Shown: positions 15,912-28,897 of the stretch, piece by piece | How the letters are laid out: every line of letters starts with the position of its first letter | Numbering within the stretch: the first letter of the stretch is position 1 | From: the human T2T-CHM13v2.0 reference genome, Homo sapiens | Assembly: GCF_009914755.1 (NCBI RefSeq) | Contig: NC_060934.1 | Direction: 5' to 3' (one strand) | Length of the DNA stretch: 64,000 nt | Translations under genes and position numbers: made by a program | Notes under the pieces: model-generated | Database searches by the model: none | What the model saw: the letters and a program-made list of their open reading frames with translations, nothing else | Told to the model about the DNA's origin: nothing

Positions 15912-16480
15912 CATATATATGTCTCATATATAGATGTCTCATATATAGATGCCTCATGTCTCATATATAGATGTCATGTATGTATATGTCATATATATAT
16001 ATAAAGCTCTTATGCACATTAGCATACTGGCTTTTGGGTGAACATACACAGACATATAGATGTCATCTATATATATATGTCATATATAGATGTCATATAT
16101 ATATGTCATTTATATATATGTCATATATATAGATATAGATGTCATCTATATATATGACATATATATAGATGACATCTATATGACATCTGTATATGAGAAA
16201 TGAGGCTTTCTGGAGCAGAAAAGCAAACAACTTATTGCTCTTGGCAAAAACAGCCAGAGCAGCATCTTAGTGCTGCTCCTTGAGCCCCCTTGGGGTGGTG
16301 TAGTGAGAATCACAGGTCTTTCTCCACATACAATCTGTGTTAGAGGGTACAGTGTAGGAGAAGACGATGGATACACTATCTCTAGCTTCCAAGGCATTTT
16401 CTATTCAAATAGAGCCCCTGCTCAAGAAACCTGTACTGTGCAGAAATATGAAAATCTTCAATGAGAATTTTCTCCCAGTA
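15802..16480 (-). mobile_element. ERVL LTR (MER73/MER74/MER89-like), nested in L1ME and interrupted by a simple-repeat insertion
   Basis: tctgagaccttatcctattgtgagctaacaatgtagtctgccaca at one end and gagaattttctcccagta at the other. Confidence 0.65.
15871..16195. repeat. (CA)n plus (TATAGATGTCA)-type AT-rich repeat containing a 46-bp duplicated unique segment and a palindrome
   Basis: direct inspection; see findings. Confidence 0.9.
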
Positions 16481-16577
16481 AGCATATATTCTGGATATGG
16501 TTCTTTTTTGTTGTTGTTAGATATGTGATTTGCAAGTATTTTTCCCAATTTGTGGTTTGTCTTATTTATTTATTTAG

Positions 16578-16887
<310 letters not shown>

Positions 16888-17511
16888 TAGGTAGCATCTT
16901 GACAGAGCAAAGATTTTAATTTTATAAATTATGATTTCTTTTTTCTTTCATGGATTATGGTTTTGCTGTTCTGTATAAAAAAAACTTTGCCTAACTTACT
17001 GTAGGTCATGAAGATTTTCTCTTTTTTCTCAAGTTTTATAATTGTACATTTTACACTTACAACTATCAAAAATTTTGAGTTAATATTTTTATAAAACATA
17101 AAATTTGGTTAGGATTCACTTTTTTGATAACTGATTGTTCCACCAAAATTTCTTGAATTGCCTGTGTAGGAAAAATCACTTGAACATATATATGTGGGTT
17201 TCTTTCTGGAGCCTATTCAATTGCATTGATCCATTTATCAACACTTTTTCCAATTCCACATTGTCTTAATATGGTAGCTTTTACTATGGTAGCTTTTACT
17301 AGGTAGTCTTGAAACCAGGTATTGTGAGTCCACAAACTTTGCTGTTTGTTTTCAAAGTTGTTTTGGCTATTCTCATTCCCTTGACTTTCTGTCAAAATTT
17401 TAGAATAAACTTGTTGGTATTTACAATAAACTCTACTGGTACCTTGAGGTATTGTGTAGACTCTATTGATCAATTTTTAGGAACATTGATATCTTATTAA
17501 TATTGTCTCTA

Positions 17512-17845
17512 AGCTGGGCACTGTGGCTCACATCTCTAATATCAACACTTTGGGAGACTGAAGAGGGAGGATTGCTTGAGCCCAGGAGTTTGAGATCAGC
17601 ATGGCAAGACTTCCTCTCTACAAAAATGTAAAACAAAAACAAAAACAAAAAAACAACTTAGCTGGTCCCAGTGCCACATGCCTATACTCCTAGATGCTTG
17701 GAAGTTTGATGGGGGAGGGTTGCTTGAGCCCAGGAGTTCAAGTATGCAGTGAGCTGTGATTCCATCATGGTACTCCAGTTAGGTGACAGAACAATACCCT
17801 GTCTCTAATATATATATATATATATATAATTTAAAAAAACAAGTA
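17512..17845 (+). mobile_element. AluJ with (TA)n in its tail
   Basis: ggattgcttgagcccaggagtt in both arms; TSD aatattgtctc. Confidence 0.88.
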
Positions 17846-19814
17846 AAATATTGTCTCCTGTTCTATGAAGATGGAATACCTCTTTATTTAATTAGGTCTT
17901 CTTTAATTTCTGTCCTCAATATTTTGTCACTTCCAGAATTTTTGCACATTTTTTATTTGATACACTAGAATTCAATTTTAATGGAATAGTAAATGTTGCT
18001 TATCTTTTATTTCCAATATTTCATTGAAAACATATTGAAATATGACTTTTTTGGATTCTATGGCTTTGCTATATTACCATATTACTTCCAGGAGCTTTTT
18101 TGTGGATGCCTTTGAACTTCCTATGTAGACAATGGTGTCTTCTATTAATAGGAACAATGTTCTTTCTATCTTCCAAGTCTTTGTATATCTCCCTCTTCCT
18201 TTTTTTCAGCCTTTTATTGCACTGGCTGGGATGTTTATTATAATGTTGAATACGATGATGTATAATGGACTTTCTTCCTTTGTTCTTGAACTTAGGAGAA
18301 ATCATTCAGTCTTTCAACTTTAAATATAACAGTAGTCTAAGCATTTGTTTTCTTTTGGTGTGAGTTGCATGATCAGGTTAAGGAAGTTCCCATCTATTTT
18401 AGTGTTCTGAGATTTAATCTGTCAAATCTGTCAGTTTTTTGTATATATTTTGATATGGTCCTGATTTAACTTAGTCTCTTACTATGGTGATTGATTGATT
18501 TTAAAATATTAAGTCATCTTTGTGTTACCAGGATAAACTATACTTGGTAATATATTTGGTATTACCATTTATATATAGTGCTGTTTTTGGTTTTCTAATA
18601 TTTTTTGTGCATTTTTGTGTCTGTGTTCAACAGGAATATTGGCCTGTCATTTTCTTTTACTAAAATGCCTTTGTCCTTTTTTATTAGGAAGTTTTTTTTG
18701 GCCTCATAAAATTGAGAAGTGTCTTAGAAGAGAATATGTGGAATTGTTATCATTTGTTCTTTAAATTGTTAGAATTCTCCAGTGAAATGATCGAGGTCTG
18801 GAGTTTTATTTGTTGGAAAGTTTTTAACACACATTAGTTCTTTAGTAGATATAGAACTCTTCAGGTTATCTGTTCTTGAGTAAGTTTTGCTAATTTGCCT
18901 CACTCAAGGAATTGGCACATTTCCTCTATAGACACAGACAGATTTGTATTATTCTCTTATTATTTTTCTTTTAATGTCCATAAGGTCTCAGTGGTGTTCC
19001 TTTTGTATTCTTGATACTGATATTTGTGATAACTCTCTTTGTTTTGGTCAATCTGTCTAGAGTTTCATCAACTTTATTATTTTTCAGTTAAAGCAGCTTT
19101 TGATTTAATTGATTTTCTCTTTTGCTTTTCAGTTTTCTATTTCAGTAATATCAACTTATTATTGACACCATTGATATGTTTATTATGTATTTCCTTCTGC
19201 TTTCTTTAGGCCTAAATTGCTCCTCATTTTCTAGTTTCTTATGACAGTAGCTTAGGTTATTTATTTTAGGGCTTTCTTATTTTCTAATATGACTCAATGC
19301 TGTAAATTTTCTGCAAATATTAATTTAGCTGTCCCACATATCCTGATAGATTTTATTTTTATTTATATTTAGATCAAAATACTTTATAGTTCATTTTGGT
19401 TGTCTTACTTAACCCATTAATTATTTAGGGATATGTTAGCTTCTAAATCATTGTGGAATCACCAATGATTTTTATGTAATTGATTTACAGTTCAACTCTG
19501 TTATGCTAAGAGATCATACTTTGTATGACTTTAATTATTTTAAATTTGCTAAGGGTTGTTTAATAAGCAAGGAAAGGGTCTATCTTGGAGAATATTTCAT
19601 GGTTACTTGAAAATTCTATTACTGTTGGATTATTTTCTAAATGCATTTACATCAGTTTGGTCGATACTGTGGTTCAAGTCTCCCATATTGTTGCTGATTT
19701 TCTGTATGTTGTATGGATTAATGAGAGAGAAGTTTTGAAATCTTAAAGAATAATTTGGGACTTTTCCATATCTCCTTCCAGTTCTATCAGTTTTTGTCTT
19801 ATTTTACAGTTCTG

Positions 19815-19962
19815 TATATATGTGTGCGTATATATATATATATACGCACACATATATATGCACATATAAATGTAATGTGTGTGTATATATGTGTGTATAC
19901 ATATATATATGTGTATTCATATATATATATGTGTATTCATATATATATATATATATATATAT
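19815..19962. repeat. (TA)n/(TG)n compound microsatellite
   Basis: direct inspection. Confidence 0.95.
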
Positions 19963-22044
19963 GAATGTAATGTCTTCTTGGGTAATTGAGCCTTTTATTC
20001 ATCAAGTAATGGTCCTCAATATCCCTAGGAATTTTCCTGTTTTATAGTGAAATTTGTCTGATATTGATATAGCCATCCCATCATTCTTTGGTGTTTATAT
20101 AGTTTAACTTTCTCCTTTATTTTACTTTTAGCCTGTCCATGTTATTATATTTAAAGTGCATTTCTTGAAGTCATTGCATAGTAGGGCCTTTTTTTAATGA
20201 AATCTGACAATCCATTTTGTTATTTGTTGTTGTTAGATCATTTATATACAGTAATTATTGACATGGTTTTATTTAGGTTTAGCTTTTTTATTAGTTAGAT
20301 TTTTTTTCCCTCCATTTTTGTTCCAGTGTTCCCACTTTCCTGCTTTTTGGGGGCATTATTTGAATATTTTTATCATGATATTTTAATTATTGGCCTTTTG
20401 GGATATATATTTTATATTATACCCACACAAATAAATATACACACACAGTATGTGTAGGTGTTTATATGATGTTACTCTACATAAATATACATTTCTAACT
20501 TTTCACAGTCTACTTAAAAGTTAATACCTTTTTTTACTGCAAACAAAATCGGGATGCCTTCCAACTGTATAGATTTTTAATTTTCCCCTTTATCTTACTA
20601 TTGTAATAAATATTCTATCTATATACATTGAAAACTCCACCATATATTTTAATTTTAACTTTCACACTAATGCACATTAAAATCAGAGAAAAAGTCTACT
20701 ATATTATTCGATATTTACCATTCTGTTGTTCTGCCTTCATTTTGGAAGTTTGAGGCTTCTCACTAATATTATTTTTCTTTCATCTGAAGTACTTCCGTCA
20801 GCATTTCTTTCAGAACATATTTATTCTTGAGGAATTATTTCAGACTATCTTCATCTGAGAATATCTTTATTTTATCTTCCTTCTTAAAGAATATTTTTAT
20901 TGGGCTTAGTATTCTGGGCTGGTCTTTTCTTCAGCACTTTAAGTATATTGTTTTATGATCTTCCTGCCTCCATAGTTTCTGATGAAAAATTCAGAGTCAT
21001 GATTTTTTCATTCCTTTATATGTAATGTGCCATATTTTTGTGGCTCTTTTCAGACATTTGGTTATGAGGTTTCTATTCTTTGTATAGAATCTATTCTTTG
21101 TATAGAATTGGTAGATTCAAAGTAATTTTGGGTTGAGTTCTGAACATATTGTGACATTATGGATCTTTCAAAAATCCTCTGAATGATATTGCTTGTTTTA
21201 AAAGCAAGCAGTCAACTTAGGTTTGGACTGTGAGTGTTGTCTCACCTTCTGTGGGTGATTGATCCAATGTCAGTTATGTTTTAAAACCTTTGTTACTCTA
21301 TATTTGACTGTCCTAAAAATACATCACTCTTCTGTTATTCTGGAACTTAGGTGGTATTTTATATCATATTTTTACTTTCAAAGCCTTTGACATGCTTCTT
21401 TGGGTCTATTACATGCGTGTTCTACTTAGCAGTGGCTCAGAAATTTTGTTGGTTTATACACAGAATTAAGCAATTCTTGTCTCTAGCTCTCTCTGCTCCA
21501 AGATTCACCTCAAAGTCTGCAGCTCTCAAGGGCCTCCTCCAGTTCTGAGGCCAGAGAGATGGGTTTTTTCCTTTGGCTTTTACGTGCCTGGGCTGCCACT
21601 ACCATTATCATCACAGGAGTGCATTCTGCCACCGGGAAAGACAAGGTGAGAAAAAAGAAGAGGGAAAAGAAACAAACAAACAAATAAATAAGTAGGGATT
21701 CCCCCATACTCTATGGTTCATGGGGGCCCTCTTTCCCAGTGATCTACTAGAAAGATTTTTCTCGTGCCTTTTTTTTTTTTTAATTTTTATACCTGCTGTA
21801 TGTGTTTTAATTAGTCCACCCTCATGTCAAAGTTGGGTGTTAAGGAAATAATTTAAAAAGTGCACTTTCCCTCATACTGTTTGTTCTTCAATTTTTTTGA
21901 CTTTTGTCTCTCATTTGCCTGCCAATATTTACTTTTCAGAAGTAATTTTCTTTTTGTATTTCTGTTCAGAGATTTTAGCCATAATCAGTGAAAGAGGTTG
22001 GCAATAGCAGGCTTATAGCATTTTGGCCACAGCAGAAGCCCAGG

Positions 22045-22500
22045 TTAGGATATTAAACTTATAAATTAAAGAATGTGTTAGCTATACAGCCATGAGATGC
22101 TGGCCGCTTAATAGGAGAATACTGGGCCAGCTCCTGTCATCTCTATTTCAACAGATTGTTCTTAAAAAGGAGAAAATATCTACACATATCAGAGGAAAAG
22201 AGAGTGGGATACAAAATAATATATATTTGGCCAAGCTGTCATTTAGGAAGCAGGGAGACAATATTTGTAAAATTTGTAAAAAAATCAAGAACTTTGTTGC
22301 CACTATCCGTCTTCAGTAAAACTGTTCTTAGACAAGATAAAGCAATATGAGGAACTCTGAAATGTTATAGGAATGTGCTGTGTGAAAAAGGTAGTCAGCA
22401 TTTAAAACATCAATAAAGAAATACAGAATGAACAATTGTGGATATTATGGTTATGAAATAAAATAAAGCATAAATCTTAACATTGTTTATTGAAGATAGT
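22045..22500 (+). mobile_element. probable HAL1, 3' part
   Basis: atatttggccaagctgtcattt resembles the L1/HAL1 ORF1 C-terminal YPAKLSF motif (ORF track shows IYLAKLSF). Confidence 0.5.
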
Positions 22501-24303
22501 ATGTGTTATACGATTGCAATTTAAAAAATATGTGTATCAATCTCTCCATTAATATACCTGTCTGTATTTAAATTTGCATGTGCATATACACATGTAAATT
22601 TATACACATGTAAATTCACACATACTACACACACAGATGTTAGAATTGAAGCTTTATAGTGTTGATTATGAAAAGGAATTATTGCTTTTATAATCACATA
22701 AAACACTTTAATATCAAACACTTAACTTTATTTGAGCTGGTGGTTTTACATGTTTCTTTTGAGGACACATTTATATTTAAATCTGATGCTTAACCTGTAA
22801 ACATGAAGGGTTTCATATGGAAAAATAAACAGGTTATGGTTGTAGATAATAGAGGAATATTTAGGAATATACAATATTTTCTGAGGTTATAGATAATATT
22901 TCACTAGAAAAACGTGAATTCAATGGAAATAGAATCTTTGTTATTAAAAAGTATTGGAGCTATTCTATGGCTATAGAATACAGATTATGATGGGCTCATC
23001 AATTTTCATTATAGAATTGGCAGATTCAAGTGCAGCAAAGTTTGAACATAATCAAAGGTGCACTGAGTTCATCTGACTGCCTCATTACCTGTTTGCATCC
23101 TGTACAAGTAGAAAGCCCGATATTGTAAGCTCTCAATTAACTGAATAGGGTTTGTTCGCTAGCATCAGGTATTATAAATTTCTCTCTAACTTGAGTTTGA
23201 GTAGTATCAGAGGTAGTGTGGAGTAAGTGATGTCCTCCCTGTATCTTCCCATTCTTCTAGGATAGGGGACCCTGTCTGGCATTGCAGCATTAATATATGT
23301 ACATGGAATAAGTTGTTGAAAGATAAAAGTAGATACTTTGCTACTTTGTGTAGAGGAGGTTCTTGTTATTTGTATTGTGTTTGACATTTATTTGTTTGTT
23401 TGCTTGTTGATGCCCTACGTCATCCTCTGAATGATTTGAGGCATCTGTAATGAATACATACACTATCTGTCCATTTTTCTTCTCTCTGTTTCACATAATC
23501 TTACAATTTGAGATATTATCAATAAATTACATGTCAATATGAAAATAGACATAAATGATAACAATCAAGAACACTGAGATAACAGGGATAAAGGAATGTC
23601 AAAAACATTGACAATTAGGAAGAAATAGAAACATCCAGAATTTCCACGAATACTGCAGATATGACGCAGTAAAATCCAAGACACGCTGCTCGGTATGCAA
23701 AGCCTTATGTCATATTTAATGGCTTTTCAGTTGAGTGATGGTGACTGATTCCATGCATCCATGACCTGAGGGATATTTATTACAACAAAGATCTGTTCTT
23801 CTGGGGTCTAGTTATTTGGGCATCTGATTTAGTGAGCACATCTATTTCCAATACTTTCCACTAACCTTGTATTGACAGTTTTAGACTTGCTGAGTCCAAG
23901 GCTGACATAGACCAACACTGCAGCCTAGTTAGCAAGGCTTATCTAAGGCAACTGAGTGTTGAACAGAGGGGCCTGACCTTTGGTGACAATTGAAATGTAA
24001 GGTCAGTCAGAGACTCAGTACTGAACATTAAGCCAAATGAACCAGCTGTGGAAAGGGTTAGGCTCAAGCTGTGAAACCAGGAGTTCCTCCACCAGTGTTG
24101 CTGAGCCAAGGGCATAGATGCTAGAAGTTAGACCGAGGAGGGTTCACCACAAGGCCACAGTTCATATCAACTAATTGTATACTCTTAAATACAAATCAGG
24201 CTTACAAACCCAGGATCCCTTTCAGAATCTCAATCACCTAAGGTTAGGCTAGCTGTTAAGCTCATTTGCTCTAGATTTTTATTTTGAAAATGCATAATTA
24301 GAC

Positions 24304-24601
24304 TTTTTTTTTTTTTTTGAGATGGAGTCTCATTCTGTCACCTAGGCTGGAGTAAAGTTGCACAATCTTGGCTCACTGCAACCTCCGCCTCCTGGGTTCA
24401 AGTGATTCTCCTGCCTCAGCCTCCCAAGTAGCTGGGACTGCAGGCGCGCACCACCATGCCCAGCTAATTTTTGTATTTTGGGTAGAGACAGGTTTTCTCC
24501 ATGTTGGCCAGGCTGGTCTCGAACTCCTGACCTCAAATGATCCGCCTGCCTCGGCCTCCAAAAGTACTGGGATTTACAGGTGCGAGCCACTGCACCTGGC
24601 T
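24304..24601 (-). mobile_element. AluSx/Sz
   Basis: full dimer with poly-T; TSD taattagac. Confidence 0.95.
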
Positions 24602-24857
24602 TAATTAGACATTTTTTATCCAGGGATCTACAAAAATATTTCTGAGAAGATGCACTCTGCTATAAGGTATCTTGCAAAAAGAGAAATGAAAACAATCTTT
24701 GCCCAAAATGTTACACAGTTAGATTTAATATAGTCCCATTTGGTGTAGCAATTTATTTCCTTCTCCACTTAAAGAACCCCTGTAAGCTAGGCATTGTCTA
24801 AGGCATGAGAGGAGCTAGACATGGGCACATTATTCAAAGCCATACAAAACATTAATA

Positions 24858-25096
24858 CAGGTGGATAATCTATTATTTGAAATATTTTGGGACCAGAAGT
24901 GTTTCAGATTTTGGATTCTTTTTCTCAGATTTTGGAATGCTTGCATTACACTTACTGGTTAACCATCCCAAATCTGAAAATCCCTAATCCAAAATACTCC
25001 AATGAACATTTCCTTTTAATCTCATGTCGGCATTCAAAATGTTTTAAATTTTGGAAACTTGGATTTTGGATTTTTAGATTAGGATGATTCAACTTG
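24858..25096 (+). mobile_element. Tigger4a (MER46A) non-autonomous TcMar DNA transposon
   Basis: cagg...aacttg termini with TA duplications on both sides; ttgggaccagaagtgtttcagattttggatt and repeated ggatttt units. Confidence 0.9.
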
Positions 25097-25289
25097 TACC
25101 AGACTGAACAGAAAATGTAGCAACATGCTAAGGAAGTCATAAATAGGATAAATAAGATTTAGTTGTGACCATAAATGGAAGATGTTGCTGATAAGGACCA
25201 TGAAATCTGGAAGATCCAACTTTTGCGTAAATAGCACATGTCACTTAGAAAGCATGTATTATATGCCAATTTCTGGGTACTCTCCACAG

Positions 25290-25425
25290 ACTATTTTACT
25301 TATTTTAAAAAAAATTTTACAGGTGGAAAAACAGAAAAAAATTAATTTTCCCAATATATAACAAAACTTCAGTGATGTAGCAGAACTAGGATTCAGATGC
25401 ACAGCTTGAGGAAGTTGCATCAGGC
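25290..25425 (-). mobile_element. MIR fragment
   Basis: attttacaggtggaaaaacaga...gcagaactaggattcaga. Confidence 0.55.
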
Positions 25426-26458
25426 TTCTTAGATACTTGTAGAAAATAAACTGTATGATCATTACACTATTGTTGCACGGGGCTAGTCATTTAGTAGGAG
25501 CTTAATACATTTCTCTTTTTCTGTAAAGCCATCTTTCTGTCTTTGTTGAATGAATGAGTGTAACAATCACTGTGGAAAATAGAGGAGGGAGTCAAAAAAA
25601 GAAAAATGTATGTTTAAAAAACAGAGTAAACAGTTGAGTTTACATAGCTTCCTTTTTTTCTCCCCTAAACTGTGGAAATATCCAGGTAAGGTTGGTAAGT
25701 AAGAGAAGCTGAAAAACGAAAACATCAAGGGTACTTATTAAATGAGGGTGATGGCCAGCTTATCCATTGCCACGGCTGACGCAGCCGTCTGTGAGGTCTA
25801 CTTTGGCAATTTGCTCTTTAGAGATCTTTTCTGTGCATGGGCTTCCTGCCTGAGGTTGGATCTGTTCAACATGGCCTTGCCACTTAAATGTGACACCAAG
25901 CCATCTGATATGCCCAGATGAAGAACGACAAAGTAATCAGATAAGTTTATAATCTCAATGCACAGTTAGAAAACATCTGGCTATTACAGATGATTTAGAC
26001 TCATCTATGATATTAATATTGGTCTTCATCCCATGATATTTCCAGGACACAGACAGGGGTATTTTGCAAGCTGTTACTGATCTATTTGCTAATATGTAAA
26101 CAAATTTTCCTGTGCTCTTCTGGATGATTGTAGCACAGAGAATTGATTTATAGTGTTTTGTCAAGACCTCCAATGTCCTAGATTGAACAAGTGAGTGCTG
26201 ACTTAGTGTGACTGTACTGGAAGTCTGTGAGGAGCTGGAGATAAATGGAAATGTCACCAGGATGCATGGATGCCTGTCTCTCTGCTACCCTTCACTTCCT
26301 CTTTCCTTAGCCATGAAGCTTTGCTAATTAAATTGACCTTCCTTTTTTGATAATCTGAATATAAATATTGACACCATGCTCAGTATTGTGAGACAAACAA
26401 GGAGGATTTAGGCTACTAATGTCAATTTCATAAATAATTGATTGCAAAAATAATGAAG

Positions 26459-26505
26459 ATAGTAGTAGTTGTAGTAGTAGAAGTAATTACAGTAGTAGTA
26501 TTAGC
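26459..26505. repeat. imperfect (AGT)n trinucleotide repeat
   Basis: agtagtagttgtagtagtagaagtaattacagtagtagta. Confidence 0.85.
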
Positions 26506-26779
26506 AGCAAGAATAATCCTAGCGTTCATAATAGCTAGCCTGATTGTTGGGTAGGAGATGAGCACTTTGATGTTCCTTACAGAAGGTTTGCTTAGCAATG
26601 AGTGAAAGCTCAGGCAGAAGAGTACCATGTGGCCACAGCCTGGATATGGTATATTTATATTTACCCAGAGTGGCCTCTGATCCAATCTCCTTATCCCCAG
26701 TTAATTCCTGCTATATGAGCAACATAAATTCACTCTTTTAATAACAAACCTTGGGAGGGCTAACTCTCTGGGCCATTAC

Positions 26780-26905
26780 CCTTCACTAGAATGGAAGCTA
26801 CCTGTGGACAGGGGCTGGGTTTTATTCACCAGGGTATACCTAGGGGACACCCAGTACAGAGCCTGGCACACAGATGGGATTGATGCACATTTCTTGAATA
26901 AAAGA
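26780..26905 (+). mobile_element. L2 3' end
   Basis: cactagaatggaagct...cagagcctggcacacag...ttgaataaaagaa. Confidence 0.7.
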
Positions 26906-27327
26906 ACCAATTATACTAGTCGCTAATGTCAGAAGAATTATGATGTGGTCAACTTATTTCCTGATGTTACCTCCACAACAGCCAAGTTTCCAAGGAATGA
27001 GTAGAACATGGGAGATTCCAGGCACAGGGCTCTTGGTCTTAGGGAGCAAGGTTGAGCTACAGGAACATGGTGAGTGATTGAAGAAGGCCACAGGAAAGCC
27101 AAACGGGACAATCATCTGGACAAATTAAGTTCCAGATTTTGCAACAATCATGACCATTTATTTAGTCAACACTTTAGTAGGTACAGAAAATACTGCTAAG
27201 CGCTCTATCCTATTTTATCTTTCCAGTGAATAGATGAAAGCAGATTATTATTCCAATTTTATAGTTAAAGATTCCAAGGTTTATAGAGGCTTATTGTGTT
27301 GCTCTAGGAAACAAAGCTAAAGAATAA

Positions 27328-27330
<3 letters not shown>

Positions 27331-27376
<46 letters not shown>
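27331..27376. repeat. (TG)23 perfect microsatellite inside a minus-strand MIR
   Basis: direct inspection. Confidence 0.97.
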
Positions 27377-27385
<9 letters not shown>

Positions 27386-27499
27386 TTTCAGATCAAATTG
27401 ATTCCAATGCTCTGAACTTAAAGCACCAGGTTACACTGAGTCATTAGCTAGATATTTATGTTTATACTGTCCATTGTTTCTGACTTTCTCTTCAATTAA

Positions 27500-27740
27500 T
27501 AATAATACTAAGTGACCATTTAGTGATTTTCAAACACTGTAACATGTAATTTCCTGAATCTTCGCATTTAATCCTCATAACAAGCCTTCAAATTCAGTAC
27601 TAGTATCCCCATGCAGCAGGTGCAGAACTAAAGAACACAGTTTCACAGTTTGACCAAGATCGTGCAGCTTGTAAGCAATCAACTTGGCACTTGTGACCTG
27701 GCTGTCTGATACTAGAATAAGTGCTCTTCTTAATCACTGT
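27500..27740 (-). mobile_element. MIR
   Basis: catttaatcctcataacaagcc...ccaagatcgtgcagcttgtaag...cttaatcactgtg. Confidence 0.7.
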
Positions 27741-27744
27741 GATT

Positions 27745-28730
27745 CATTGATTCCTGAATTTAACTAATTTTTGGTGACCATATGCTAGGTAATGGAAAAG
27801 CAGTGGTGAAACAACAACAGTCAAATTCCCTTCTCCAAAGACAATACACAAAACAGGTCAAGCATGTCTGTTTGATGGTCATAAGTGCTACAGAGACAAA
27901 ATTGGGAAAGGGTAAAGGGAGGCTACAATTGGAATACCAGGGCCAGGAATAACCTCGTTTTGCCAGGATAAGAAGGTTACAATTGAGGGAGCCATACAGA
28001 TATCTATGGTGAGTATATATTGGGCCAAGGGAAAATCAAATAAAAAATCCTTTGGATGAGACTGGGCCTGATGAAGGAAAGAAATGGGTGATCATATGGA
28101 GTGAACATGGGTGGGTGGTAGGGGATGATGTTAGAGAGATAACAGGAGACCAGATTGTATAAAATGTTGCCAGCCACTTCAGGATTTGAGCTTTTATGTT
28201 GAGTGAGATCAGAAGCCATTGGAGAATCTTATGAGAGGAATAAGACTATCTCATTATTAAAGTGGATAGTGTGTTGTCGACAGAGCAGGGAGAGGTAACA
28301 ACGGAAACACAGAGACGAGAGACGAGGCTATTCCATGAAATGATGGCTTGGACCAAAGTGGTAAAGGTGTCAGGGAGGAAAGTAGTCAGATATTAATATA
28401 GTTTTTTTTTAATAAGTGAGATTTTGTTATGAATTGAATATGGAGTAAGGAAGAAAGAGAGGAGTCAAAGAGCAACTAGAAGGTGAGGAGACTCCAGGGA
28501 GAACAGTGTGGGGAGATGAGTAGGTTTATGTCAGATGTCTTTATATCTATTAGATGTCTACTAGACATCCCAGTGGAGGTATCAAAAGGGTAATGGCCTA
28601 CAGGCATTTGAAATTCAAGGGAGATGTGTGGATCAGAGAGGTAAATATTGAAGTCATCAGAATATAGTTGTTATTGAAAGCCATTAAATCAGGATCACCA
28701 GGCAAGTAAGTTTAGATAGAGAAAAGAAAA
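27745..28730 (-). mobile_element. L2 (L2a-like) LINE
   Basis: tgagtgagatcagaagccattggag, gatggcttggaccaaagtgg, tagacatcccagtggagg, gaagtcatcagaatatag. Confidence 0.8.
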
Positions 28731-28774
28731 AAAAAGTGCTGCTTTCAAAGTTACTTTGCTAACAAAGATGTTAC

Positions 28775-28897
28775 CAAAGAGGATTATAGGAATTCTCTGT
28801 TGTGCTTTTGCAACTTTTCTGTTGCAAAACTTTTCTGTTGCCTGTAAGAAAAGAGAGCATTCTGTGAGTCTAAAGTTAGTTGAAAATCAAAAATTTT
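28775..28897 (+). mobile_element. old L1 (L1MC/ME) extreme 3' end with an internal insertion
   Basis: ggaattctctgt...ttgcaacttttctgt...gagtctaaagtta. Confidence 0.55.

Noticed and set aside
15186-16195. Repeat-spacer-like appearance (CRISPR-like)
   Set aside because: Primate DNA; units are microsatellites without constant repeats, unique equal-length spacers or cas genes.
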